Positions 7,602-16,621 of a stretch of 64,000 nt of DNA are shown here, in pieces. Source of the DNA: a virus. Taxonomy: Duplodnaviria > Heunggongvirae > Uroviricota > Caudoviricetes. The first letter of the stretch is position 1; the number at the start of each line of letters is the position of its first letter. The translations under genes were made by a program, and so were the position numbers. A model generated the notes under the pieces. The model did not search any database. It was given only the letters and a program-made list of their open reading frames with translations, and had not been told where the DNA came from. The DNA lies in the IMG/VR virus record IMGVR_UViG_3300044675_003084, positions 1,378-65,377 of that record; one strand, given 5' to 3'.

Positions 7602-10109
7602 TTAAAAAGAAAAGAATTTTTCTGCATTTTTTTGTTCACTCATCACCTCACCCCAACCTAAAGCGTTATAGAAATCTTGTAATTTACCTTTTAATTCCGC
7701 TTCGAAGATTCGATTGTGGTCGGTATAAGTTGCAATGAAATCAACTATCTCATCGGGGTCGTCATATCCTGTGAATCCCAAACCATCAATTCCTAATGGA
7801 TTATTTTTAAGATAGACCCATTTGATTTTATCACCATCTTTCATCGGTGAATATTTGAATGGTGCTTTGAAGTGGGTTAGACAATCATTATATAGAATTG
7901 CTGCTTTAACGTGAGCAGGTGCACCTTTTTCCATATGGAATAGTTGCCTTTTCTTTGGTGAGTATTTTGAAAGGTTTTTAACTGCTGAGTTCTTTGCAAT
8001 TTCATGTATCGGTCTATCTACCATACTCTTTTTAAACGCAAGAACAAATGCCGTTAATTCCTCTTCAGATTTACCTTTTAGAATATCTATTAGAACTGTC
8101 CCCATACACTCCTGAAATGCTTTAGGGAATGATGACCTTCTTACATCCAATCCCTTTACATCCAATCTATCTACCGCAACACCATTATTTGAAATAATCC
8201 ATTGTGCATATCGTTTCTTCGCAATCCAAATACCTGCCCTAGCAACGTATTCCTTTTTAATTTCTAATCGATGATTTTGAACATTAAAGAATTTATCCGA
8301 AAGTATATCATAGAACTTATTTAGATAATCTTGCATTTCACCTGCGATACCATCTACCAAAACTGCAACTTCAGTATCCGGCATTTCTTTCCAATTCTTA
8401 TGTCTATGGTCTAATAAAGGTACTGCAGAAAAGAATACCGAATCCGTATCAATATAAATGTTAGAATCTACATCAGTTGTACCTAACTCTTTATTGTATT
8501 TGATGTTCCCCATATTCGCCGAGTTCTTAATAACCGTCTGACCTGTAGTCGTAACTGCCTCTGCATTATCAACATCGTAAAACCGAAAGGCAGGAAGACC
8601 AAGCACACCATAAAGAGAGTTAAGTAGAATTTTTTGAACCAACTGTCTTTTGCCGTAAAAGGCATATTTTTCTTTATCACCCTCTTTACCATACTTCTTT
8701 TCCAATTTTCTAAACTCCACCCTTTCATTGAACCAAATATCTAAAATTTCAGGAATACATCCTATTTTATCTTTACGATATAACACACCATTTGATGATA
8801 TTGTTAAATCTGCTTCTTTAATATATTTTTCTAAATTATCACGTGATATTTTATCATCACCCATTTGATAGTAATCAACCTCTCTCTTCATATATTTCTG
8901 AACATCCCAATCTGCAATTTTAGCAACTTTGGTTTCAGGAGAAATGTTGATTGTCATAATGATTGATGGGTATAGAGATGTTAAATCCAAATCATACACC
9001 CAATCATACTTACCCACAATCGGGTCTTTTACATACGCACCGATAAACTTTTCTTGTTCGTTATCTCTTAGGGCTTGCATCATTTCCTTACGGTCTGATG
9101 GTTTATTTGGAGCAACTAACCCCTTGCGTTTAAGGAAACATAACAATGCACCCTCCAAATATTTAGATGAATAAACGAAGTCCTCATAGGGAACGTGTCC
9201 TGCGTGACAGATACCTCTACATAAATCAATGAATTGTAATTTCTTATCTAACTCTACAACAATCTCAACATCGACTAAGTTATACTCAATGAACTTTTCA
9301 ATGTCTTCATTAAATAAATCATCCAATGAACCTTGATATTCAATCTTACCCTTATCTAATTCAATCGTACCAATGGTATCTAATCGATAGTTAGGTAATT
9401 CGTTGTAGTTAAATTTCTTATAGAGTGATAGGTAATCCAAACAACTTACTCCTGCAAAGAACCATCTTTGACGATATGGAGAATAAAATGCTTGACCAAT
9501 AGGTGATAACCTCTTTGCTTGAGATTCACCTAAGATGCGTTTCATTCGGTTGAATAGATACGGAATATCAAAGTTATCAATATTCCAACCAGTTAAAATA
9601 TCCGGTGCAATACCTTCATAAAGTTCTAAGAACTTCATACACATATCCCTTTCATCTCTGAATGGTAGAATGATTGCCTTATCGGTTTTTCTTTCCACCA
9701 TCTTACCTTTCTTATCCATAATCAATACCCAATATTGATTGGTGATATTGTCTTGTAGACCAATAGCGGTAAGTTCGTTTTCAGCTTTTTCGGTATCAGG
9801 TAATCCACTTTCCATTTCCACCTCAATATCGAATGTCATTGTTACGATGGTATCGGATGGGATATCAGAATCGGTATAAGTATCGACTAGGACACGAGTA
9901 GTTTCTGGTACATCAGATTCAAATAAATTCGGGTCATCCCCTTTGAATTTATAAATCTTAGTTAATTTATCACCATAAATAGAACGGGCTTCACCTCTCT
10001 CTGCTCTTTCGTATGCGTATCTCGTATATGGAAAAGTTCGGTAACCTAAATGAGAATCCCATAAATGTATAAGATTTCTTTCCCTCTGGTAATATATGTT
10101 TTTATACAT
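7602..10109 (-). CDS. Family B DNA polymerase with 3'-5' exonuclease domain
   Basis: Exo I 'FDIEVE', motif A 'DLDLTSLYPSII', motif B 'KILLNSLYGVLG' and motif C 'YIDTDSVF' are all present in order. Confidence 0.9.
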   Translation of the reverse strand: MYKNIYYQRERNLIHLWDSHLGYRTFPYTRYAYERAERGEARSIYGDKLTKIYKFKGDDPNLFESDVPETTRVLVDTYTDSDIPSDTIVTMTFDIEVEMESGLPDTEKAENELTAIGLQDNITNQYWVLIMDKKGKMVERKTDKAIILPFRDERDMCMKFLELYEGIAPDILTGWNIDNFDIPYLFNRMKRILGESQAKRLSPIGQAFYSPYRQRWFFAGVSCLDYLSLYKKFNYNELPNYRLDTIGTIELDKGKIEYQGSLDDLFNEDIEKFIEYNLVDVEIVVELDKKLQFIDLCRGICHAGHVPYEDFVYSSKYLEGALLCFLKRKGLVAPNKPSDRKEMMQALRDNEQEKFIGAYVKDPIVGKYDWVYDLDLTSLYPSIIMTINISPETKVAKIADWDVQKYMKREVDYYQMGDDKISRDNLEKYIKEADLTISSNGVLYRKDKIGCIPEILDIWFNERVEFRKLEKKYGKEGDKEKYAFYGKRQLVQKILLNSLYGVLGLPAFRFYDVDNAEAVTTTGQTVIKNSANMGNIKYNKELGTTDVDSNIYIDTDSVFFSAVPLLDHRHKNWKEMPDTEVAVLVDGIAGEMQDYLNKFYDILSDKFFNVQNHRLEIKKEYVARAGIWIAKKRYAQWIISNNGVAVDRLDVKGLDVRRSSFPKAFQECMGTVLIDILKGKSEEELTAFVLAFKKSMVDRPIHEIAKNSAVKNLSKYSPKKRQLFHMEKGAPAHVKAAILYNDCLTHFKAPFKYSPMKDGDKIKWVYLKNNPLGIDGLGFTGYDDPDEIVDFIATYTDHNRIFEAELKGKLQDFYNALGWGEVMSEQKNAEKFFSF

Positions 10110-10131
10110 TCAATTATAACTATTGTTTTTT

Positions 10132-11757
10132 CTATTTTTCGTAAACTACTTTTGCTTGTTTATAACCATCCGGTATAAACAAATCATTTTTGTGAATTGT
10201 TTGTATTTTTTCAATACCATCTAACATATAACGACCTTCTGATAATAGAGTTTTTAACTTCTTAGTTATATTATCGCTATGACCACCATGTACCCACGTT
10301 ATAGTTTTAAATGTATGTGGCATTCCGATTCTTGCCAACAATTCGGTAAGATGTTCATCATCCATTTGTTTGTATTGCCATTCTTGTAAATGTACATCAC
10401 CAAATGTTAAATCTAATTTAAATTGATGACTATTATCATCATTTTGTGTTATCTTATTAGTATCAAACGAAGTATCATTAAGTAACTTTTGTGTATTAAT
10501 CAATGTTCCAGCATGAGAAATGTTTGATGAATCTTGTAAGATTTTTTTATAATTCTCCACTTCAGCATCTTCATCTTTCTTTAACTTTACGTTTGAGGTA
10601 TCACATAGTAAAGTGTGAAATCTAGCAAGTTTCTTAACCAATTCTCTTAATCCAATTTCAAACGTACTATTTCTAAATTTTACTTTTAATCTTGCGAATG
10701 GTGTTTGAGATTCTGGACTTAATACAAATACCCACTTTCTATTATTAAACTCTGCTGGCCACATAGATACATTTGGCCATAAGTAAATCATACATATAAA
10801 TGTACCATCTGATGATACCACATCTACTGTTGGTTTATCTAATTCAGATAGGTGTATTGGGTGAACATTATCTTCACCACCGATTTGTCTATATAAGGTT
10901 TGTAACTTATCGGTTTGTGATTTTCTAATTGTTTCATAAGAAAATAAACTACCGGTATAAGTTTCACCATCAATATTCATTATGTGCAAATCATCACCTT
11001 CCTCTGATACTACTTGCAACATATCAGTATAGTGTCTTAATAAATTTCCACAATTAGATGGAAACACATATGGTTTAGTAGGTGTAAGTGTAGATTCCCC
11101 ATTCTCAACTAATTCGTATTTAAATTGTTTACCAACTTTATATTGATACCTCATTCTTGAGAAATTAACCAATCCTCTATAATCAATTTTAAATGGCAAT
11201 CCTCTGAATAGTTTGGATTTATTATACCAACCATTGTAACTTTTACCTAACCCATGTCTTTCAACCCATTCTTCAGCCGATACTTCAAATACATCGACGG
11301 TAATTCCTTTAAGTGCAATAGTAAATCGTGTCGGAGTGATTGTTTTAATATCTTCATCCATAATGTAGTTATACTTAGCTACTCTATATTCATTATCTGG
11401 AGTTACATACCCTACCTCTTCAAAATAGGAAAAATTATGTGGAGCAATTGAACCACCCAATTGGGCTTGACCAACTGATTCAAATTTATTTCTGATTATC
11501 TTACCAAGCGTTTTACCAATGTATTTTGTTTTAAAATCGTCATCGGTACATCTACTACTATTATTGGCACGTACAACCGAATAATCACCATCTGAATCTT
11601 TGGTTATCCTATTATAGATAGAAGTTCCACCATATCCACTTGAATTATCATCCCACTCACTTAGAAAGTTTTGACCTGTAATTCCATGTTCGTTAGGTTG
11701 ACCGGCTACATAGAATGTCCCATCATCTGAGAACTTATGTGTGTACAATTTTTTCAT
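10132..11757 (-). CDS. Hypothetical protein (541 aa), first gene of a tightly packed nucleotide-metabolism/modification-like cassette
   Basis: Complete ORF with its own upstream promoter-like motif. No confidently recognisable catalytic motifs. Confidence 0.3.
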   Translation of the reverse strand: MKKLYTHKFSDDGTFYVAGQPNEHGITGQNFLSEWDDNSSGYGGTSIYNRITKDSDGDYSVVRANNSSRCTDDDFKTKYIGKTLGKIIRNKFESVGQAQLGGSIAPHNFSYFEEVGYVTPDNEYRVAKYNYIMDEDIKTITPTRFTIALKGITVDVFEVSAEEWVERHGLGKSYNGWYNKSKLFRGLPFKIDYRGLVNFSRMRYQYKVGKQFKYELVENGESTLTPTKPYVFPSNCGNLLRHYTDMLQVVSEEGDDLHIMNIDGETYTGSLFSYETIRKSQTDKLQTLYRQIGGEDNVHPIHLSELDKPTVDVVSSDGTFICMIYLWPNVSMWPAEFNNRKWVFVLSPESQTPFARLKVKFRNSTFEIGLRELVKKLARFHTLLCDTSNVKLKKDEDAEVENYKKILQDSSNISHAGTLINTQKLLNDTSFDTNKITQNDDNSHQFKLDLTFGDVHLQEWQYKQMDDEHLTELLARIGMPHTFKTITWVHGGHSDNITKKLKTLLSEGRYMLDGIEKIQTIHKNDLFIPDGYKQAKVVYEK

Positions 11758-11776
11758 CTTTTATGTTTTAAATTTA

Positions 11777-11814
11777 TAAAGCTAATATACAACTTTTATT
11801 TGATATATCCAAAT
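11777..11814 (-). promoter_or_regulatory. Class-1 variant promoter-like motif upstream of the 541-aa gene
   Basis: taaagctaatatacaacttttatttgatatatccaaat. A variant with 'gctaatatac' replacing 'gatacgaa'. Confidence 0.35.
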
Positions 11815-11822
11815 ATTTTACC

Positions 11823-12662
11823 CTAAAATTTGTAAATTCCCCCAATATTCCAGAATAGGATTGTACCCTCTATTTCATCTATGTTTTCCTCTAACCATTT
11901 CCATTGTTTTATATCCCAAAATTGGTTACAAGGAAACGGGGCTTCGTAACCATCTAATCTATTCTCAAATAGATACTCTGATTTTCGTATGTTTAATGGA
12001 ATCGGAATTCCACTCTTTTTAAGTGTTTTATTGATTGAACTAACCGATGATACACACGTTGTCCAAATCTTTCTTTTAACTTGTGGGAAAAACTCTTTAA
12101 GTTCCTCTCTATAATATCCTTTAGCAAGACCGGATAGGGTTACACCACTACCGGATGATACTACTAAATTATCAAAATGTGCGTATGGTTGAATTCTATC
12201 TGCAAGATAATCCTTATAGAAATCGTGGTCAAAAGCGTAAGGTAACATTTGCCATCCTTTTTCTCTTGCATCTTTCTTTAAGGAATTATACATAATTTGC
12301 ATCATATTAGGTCTAATAGGATATAGATTTGCTTTGGGATACATTTCCTTAATCAACCCCAAATACTCCTGTGATATCTTTTTAGAATCAGGGTGGGCTG
12401 CATAAAATTCAATATCCAATTGTTCACATATTGCTGCAAGTACCCATGCTGTCCAGCTTCCATCTACTGAAAGGTGAACCAATGGTTTACTTTTATCAAC
12501 ATACTTTTTAACTAATTCAAATACTGCTGCTATCTTACCCCAAGGCGGTAGTATTGTACCATCACCCATAAGGTCATCTCTTTTTACCCAAACTTCTCTA
12601 CCCTTAATATGGTAAAGTTCTAATGGGGTTTCTTCATTTAATCCTTTTAGTTTTAAATCCAT
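11823..12662 (-). CDS. Hypothetical enzyme, possibly PLP-dependent fold-type-II-like (ACC-deaminase/D-Cys desulfhydrase-like signature)
   Basis: 'VWVKRDDLMGDG...PPWGKIAAV' resembles the 'KRDDL...GGNK' signature of fold-type-II PLP enzymes. Overlaps the upstream AsnB-like gene by 10 nt, suggesting translational coupling. Assignment is tentative. Confidence 0.3.
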   Translation of the reverse strand: MDLKLKGLNEETPLELYHIKGREVWVKRDDLMGDGTILPPWGKIAAVFELVKKYVDKSKPLVHLSVDGSWTAWVLAAICEQLDIEFYAAHPDSKKISQEYLGLIKEMYPKANLYPIRPNMMQIMYNSLKKDAREKGWQMLPYAFDHDFYKDYLADRIQPYAHFDNLVVSSGSGVTLSGLAKGYYREELKEFFPQVKRKIWTTCVSSVSSINKTLKKSGIPIPLNIRKSEYLFENRLDGYEAPFPCNQFWDIKQWKWLEENIDEIEGTILFWNIGGIYKF

Positions 12663-14158
12663 TGGTAAATTCCTCCTGAGTTTGACGTCAATTCTCCTTT
12701 CATTTTTTTATGAGAGAACCCATGTATTTTTTCAAAGTTATCACCAATCACATGAATCATATTTTTTCTTTTCTTAAAATTAATAGATTCATCTTTTAAA
12801 ATGATTTCTTCGATGTATTGTTTAAAATTCGTTCCTTTTTGAAATGCCCTTTTTTCCTGGTCTAAAATATCATCAGGTAGTTTACCTCTGAATGCGTTAG
12901 CAAGTGGTAGTTTCCATTGTCCTCCTTTACATAAGAATTCATCAGTTAAGTTGGTAGTATAGTTTAGAAATTCAGTATCAAAGAATGGACATCTTAATTC
13001 AATTGTTCCATAATTCATAAAGATAGTATTACCTCTTAATAAGTTACCATAGTATTGTTTTTCAAATAACTTTTTACGAACATCACTCCAATCTGGTTTC
13101 TTACTGAACATACGGAATGTACCATACGAACCATATGATTCATCACTACCCTCACCACTAAATGCTACTTTGATTCCATCCTTTGCCATTTGTTCTGCAA
13201 TAAAGGATTGTAAGATACCCACTTCCATTTGAACGGTCGATGGGTATTCGATTACTCTAATTGAATCTAAAAATCTTTGTTTAATTATTTCCTCATCTTT
13301 AGGTACGAATACTTCAACTAATTCTATTCCCAAATATTCTGCACATACTCTTGCCTTTTGTAAATCTTTTGAGGTTTCATCAAATGCAATTGTGTATGCT
13401 TTTAGGTTGGGTATACGTTGTGATAGTAGGTAGGTAATAATTGCAGAATCGATACCACCACTTAGTGATGTAGCAATTGGTACATCTGATAATAATCTTT
13501 TATCTACTGCAGTTTCTAATAACTTAAATGTAGTTTCACCAACTTCTTCATGTGATGCCGGTATTGTTAGTTCGTTTGAAAATTGAAAATAGTAATCCTT
13601 ATGAACTACGATGGTATCGGTATCCAAATTAATTACTACTAATGAATTCTTAGGTACAAATTTAATATCTGAACTCTTTACTTGTGTTGTAATGGATTTG
13701 ATTTCACTAGCAACGATATAGTTGTTTGTATTGTGAATATAAAGGGGCAATTTACCCACCCAATCCCTCGATAGTATCAACTTATCATTATCATATATAA
13801 TGAATGAGAACATACCCTCTAATCTCTTTAATTCACCTTCTTTATAAAGATATAAAATGATTTCTGAATCTGAGTTGGATTTAAAATGATATCCTCTACC
13901 TTCGTATTCTTTACGCAATTGAGGATAGTTCCAAATCTCACCATTTACTACCAATTCAACACCATCCCACTCCATTGGTTGATTACCCAATGGTGATGTA
14001 TCATTGATTGATAATCGATTATGTCCTAATATAATTAGTTTATCTCTATATTGGAATTCTTTAATACCACGATTATCTCTGCCACGATGCTCAATTGCTT
14101 CGAGCATTACATTCACATCATCTCTTTTATAACCAATCGTTGCTACAATTCCACACAT
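12653..14158 (-). CDS. Asparagine synthetase B-like class II glutamine amidotransferase
   Basis: N-terminal nucleophile 'MCGIV', glutaminase-domain sequence, and PP-loop 'SLSGGIDSAII' of the AsnB synthetase domain. 501 aa. Confidence 0.8.
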   Translation of the reverse strand: MCGIVATIGYKRDDVNVMLEAIEHRGRDNRGIKEFQYRDKLIILGHNRLSINDTSPLGNQPMEWDGVELVVNGEIWNYPQLRKEYEGRGYHFKSNSDSEIILYLYKEGELKRLEGMFSFIIYDNDKLILSRDWVGKLPLYIHNTNNYIVASEIKSITTQVKSSDIKFVPKNSLVVINLDTDTIVVHKDYYFQFSNELTIPASHEEVGETTFKLLETAVDKRLLSDVPIATSLSGGIDSAIITYLLSQRIPNLKAYTIAFDETSKDLQKARVCAEYLGIELVEVFVPKDEEIIKQRFLDSIRVIEYPSTVQMEVGILQSFIAEQMAKDGIKVAFSGEGSDESYGSYGTFRMFSKKPDWSDVRKKLFEKQYYGNLLRGNTIFMNYGTIELRCPFFDTEFLNYTTNLTDEFLCKGGQWKLPLANAFRGKLPDDILDQEKRAFQKGTNFKQYIEEIILKDESINFKKRKNMIHVIGDNFEKIHGFSHKKMKGELTSNSGGIYQWI

Positions 14159-14159
14159 A

Positions 14160-14858
14160 TTATTTATTTAATACTTCTAATAACTTATGAGTTTTTTTTG
14201 TTTCATCATTCATTTTACCGATATGACAAGAACACGCTAAAACTGATACTTTCTCCAACTCCATCCCACTTTCTCTAGCTAAGAACTTACCCATCTCAAC
14301 TAATGCTGTGTAATCTGCATAACCTGATTTGGATACTCTATTTGAACGAATAATTGATGTCAGGTAGATTTTACCATTACGAGGTTTAATATCAATACCC
14401 AACATACAAGGTTGCGAATATGGGTTTCTAGCATCTCTGCTCGGGTCAAAGATAATCAATTCACATCTCTTAACTGCTTTACCAGTTTTTAGAATTTTGA
14501 TTACGTTTTCCACTTGATTAAATGTTCCTCCCCATGCAATCATTCTACCCCAATATGAATCATGCCAGTGGTCTTTAATGAATTTATATTCTAATCCCTC
14601 TTCTGCTACAAAGAATGGGTTATCTGATACTTTTGGTTGTGGTTCTAAGAAAGTTACGGTCTTTGCGTAATCAATTCTATCATCACCCATAATTTCTCTA
14701 AAATGTGGGTCGAACCAATCATCAGATTTAAATTCGGTGATTTCTGTCATTACGTTTAACTCTTCGGTTAAATCGCCTACCTTTACGCCATTGGCGATAA
14801 GGTGTTTAGATACCTTTACCCATGCATCTCCCGGAGATGTTGCTTCTATAACTGTCAT
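14160..14858 (-). CDS. Thymidylate-synthase-fold enzyme (ThyA / dNMP hydroxymethylase family)
   Basis: Aligns with ThyA core: 'RCELIIFDP' (R..IIVSAWN), catalytic Cys in 'SQPCMLGID' (PCH), 'IIRSNRVSKSGYADYTALV' ([20 protein letters not shown]) and 'SCHIG' (GDTH). It is 232 aa, shorter than ThyA, like phage dCMP/dUMP hydroxymethylases. Substrate specificity cannot be assigned from sequence alone. Confidence 0.6.
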   Translation of the reverse strand: MTVIEATSPGDAWVKVSKHLIANGVKVGDLTEELNVMTEITEFKSDDWFDPHFREIMGDDRIDYAKTVTFLEPQPKVSDNPFFVAEEGLEYKFIKDHWHDSYWGRMIAWGGTFNQVENVIKILKTGKAVKRCELIIFDPSRDARNPYSQPCMLGIDIKPRNGKIYLTSIIRSNRVSKSGYADYTALVEMGKFLARESGMELEKVSVLACSCHIGKMNDETKKTHKLLEVLNK

Positions 14859-14869
14859 ATTATTTTATT

Positions 14870-16102
14870 TTATACTTTACGAAATACCCAAACTGGTTCA
14901 CAAAATGTTTTACCAGCATTTTCAATTGCTTTTTGCTTTTCTTCTTCAGAATATCTATCCTCATCTCCTTCAATCATTGCACCCGCACCAATTGAACCCG
15001 GCCGTTTAGCCATTTCCATACCTAAACATCCTTGATATTCTGCACCTTCTAATGTAGAAATAAAATCGTTCATTGGGTTAGTGATTTCCTGTTGACCTTT
15101 ACCATCGCCCTTTGAGGATGCATATACATCTGCGATGTTAACTGCTAGATACCCACCCTTACGGATAGTAGGCCATACTTTTTCAATCGTTGCGTGTAAG
15201 AATAATTTATTCCATGCATCAATATTTTTATATCGAATCCAACTTTGAGTATCATCATATGAGTATCTCTCTACGTTGAAATATGGTGGCGAACTGAATA
15301 CAATATCAAAGTAATCGGTATACTCACTATAATCCATATCCTCTGCGGGAGAACAATGAAAGGTTGCCCTTTTATCAGTTTCAAAAAAACCATTATTCTT
15401 TTTATAGAATTCGGCTTGTTTTTCGTATATTGGATGATTTTCTTTACGCGGGTCAATACCTACATAATGTTCGCCATATTCTGATGCGAAGAATCCACAT
15501 AATCTATCACCCCAACCAGCAGAAATATCTAATACATTCTTTGCTTGAACGAAATCATAAAGTGCCTTTGCTACGTTTGGTTTGAACTGAGAACAAATAT
15601 ACTTTCTTAAAGATAGACAAGTTCTTAGGGTATTTTTACTAACCTCATCAAATTTTAGGGTATACATTCCACCGATTAGTGAAAACATAAAATCAGGGTT
15701 ATTCCAAGTACGGAATGGGCCAGGTGATACTGTCCCATCGACACTCCATCTATTTGCTTGTTGAAAATGATTTGATGCACCATTACCGGTATTCAACCTT
15801 CTTACATATTGTTGTTTACCTTGAAATCCTAGTGGATAACGGGTTTCGGATGCCTTACGAGGAAACCACTCGCCTTCGGTTAGAAGTTCGTGATAACGAG
15901 TTCCTTTTAATTTAAGATACTCTTTTCTTGCATCCTCTTCGGAAATATCTGCATATGGTAAGTCATATGTCATACATACTTTGGCAAGAGATTCCTTAAC
16001 ATCTTCTCTTTGGTATGTTTTTTTAATGTAAGACCACTCTTCCTTATCGATATAAAGATATGGTGTCATACCATAAAATTTATCAAAATACTCTATGTAC
16101 AT
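14870..16102 (-). CDS. DNA methyltransferase-like protein (N6A/N4C class, SPPY motif), 410 aa
   Basis: Motif I 'LDISAGWGDRLCGF' lies about 70 aa before motif IV 'VFSSPPYFNVERY', followed by 'LAVNIAD'. The N-terminal ~190 aa form an extra domain. Confidence 0.55.
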   Translation of the reverse strand: MYIEYFDKFYGMTPYLYIDKEEWSYIKKTYQREDVKESLAKVCMTYDLPYADISEEDARKEYLKLKGTRYHELLTEGEWFPRKASETRYPLGFQGKQQYVRRLNTGNGASNHFQQANRWSVDGTVSPGPFRTWNNPDFMFSLIGGMYTLKFDEVSKNTLRTCLSLRKYICSQFKPNVAKALYDFVQAKNVLDISAGWGDRLCGFFASEYGEHYVGIDPRKENHPIYEKQAEFYKKNNGFFETDKRATFHCSPAEDMDYSEYTDYFDIVFSSPPYFNVERYSYDDTQSWIRYKNIDAWNKLFLHATIEKVWPTIRKGGYLAVNIADVYASSKGDGKGQQEITNPMNDFISTLEGAEYQGCLGMEMAKRPGSIGAGAMIEGDEDRYSEEEKQKAIENAGKTFCEPVWVFRKV

Positions 16103-16126
16103 AACCTTTTATTATTTTATTCAGTT

Positions 16127-16159
16127 TATATTTTATCAAAGATACGAAAAATATTCCGT
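16127..16159 (-). promoter_or_regulatory. Class-1 promoter-like motif upstream of the methyltransferase/TS/AsnB cassette
   Basis: caaagatacgaaaaatattccgtatttccaaat. Confidence 0.45.
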
Positions 16160-16168
16160 ATTTCCAAA

Positions 16169-16354
16169 TCAAATGTGTGTCCACGTTTGACGTTTCACAA
16201 TTTCCATAATATTCCACGTACTAACCTTAAAGTTTCTTGCTATAACATTAACTGAAAACCCTTTCTTAAAAAGGTCTCTTATTGATATAACTTGCTCGTT
16301 TGTTAGTTTAGCTTTAGGATGATTTTCCCCTCGTCTATTATTGGATACATTCAT
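16169..16354 (-). CDS. Small HTH-type DNA-binding protein (61 aa)
   Basis: 'GENHPKAKLTNEQVISIRDLFKKGFSVNVIARNF' has the pattern of a helix-turn-helix module of the kind found in homing-endonuclease or transposase DNA-binding domains. Overlaps the thioredoxin gene start by 17 nt. Confidence 0.35.
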   Translation of the reverse strand: MNVSNNRRGENHPKAKLTNEQVISIRDLFKKGFSVNVIARNFKVSTWNIMEIVKRQTWTHI

Positions 16355-16601
16355 TTATTGCGTTTATATATGCCATCTTCGAAGACACTCCGGTAAAACG
16401 ATTTATTTCTTTACCATCTTTTTCAATGATTACGGTCGGTACTGAACGAATTCCGTACTTTGTTGCCTCATCATATGCTACATCTACATCATAATCTTCA
16501 AACGTTACATTTAAAAATTGATTTTTTATTTCATTAATAACCGGAGCTAATGCTCTGCAGGGGCCACACCACACTGCTGAAAATTTCTTAACTGTTACCA
16601 T
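16338..16601 (-). CDS. Thioredoxin
   Basis: 'WCGPCR' active site in an 87-aa thioredoxin-fold protein, adjacent to the RNR genes. Confidence 0.8.
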   Translation of the reverse strand: MVTVKKFSAVWCGPCRALAPVINEIKNQFLNVTFEDYDVDVAYDEATKYGIRSVPTVIIEKDGKEINRFTGVSSKMAYINAINECIQ

Positions 16602-16621
16602 TTTTTGTTTTTCCTTTTTGT

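Noticed and set aside
10132-11757. Calcineurin-like phosphoesterase assignment for the 541-aa ORF ('GDVH' ... 'WVHGGHSD')
   Set aside because: Only two short motif-like strings lie about 40 aa apart at the C-terminus. The full ordered motif set (GDxHG, GDxxDR, GNHE, GH, GHxH) and appropriate spacing are absent.
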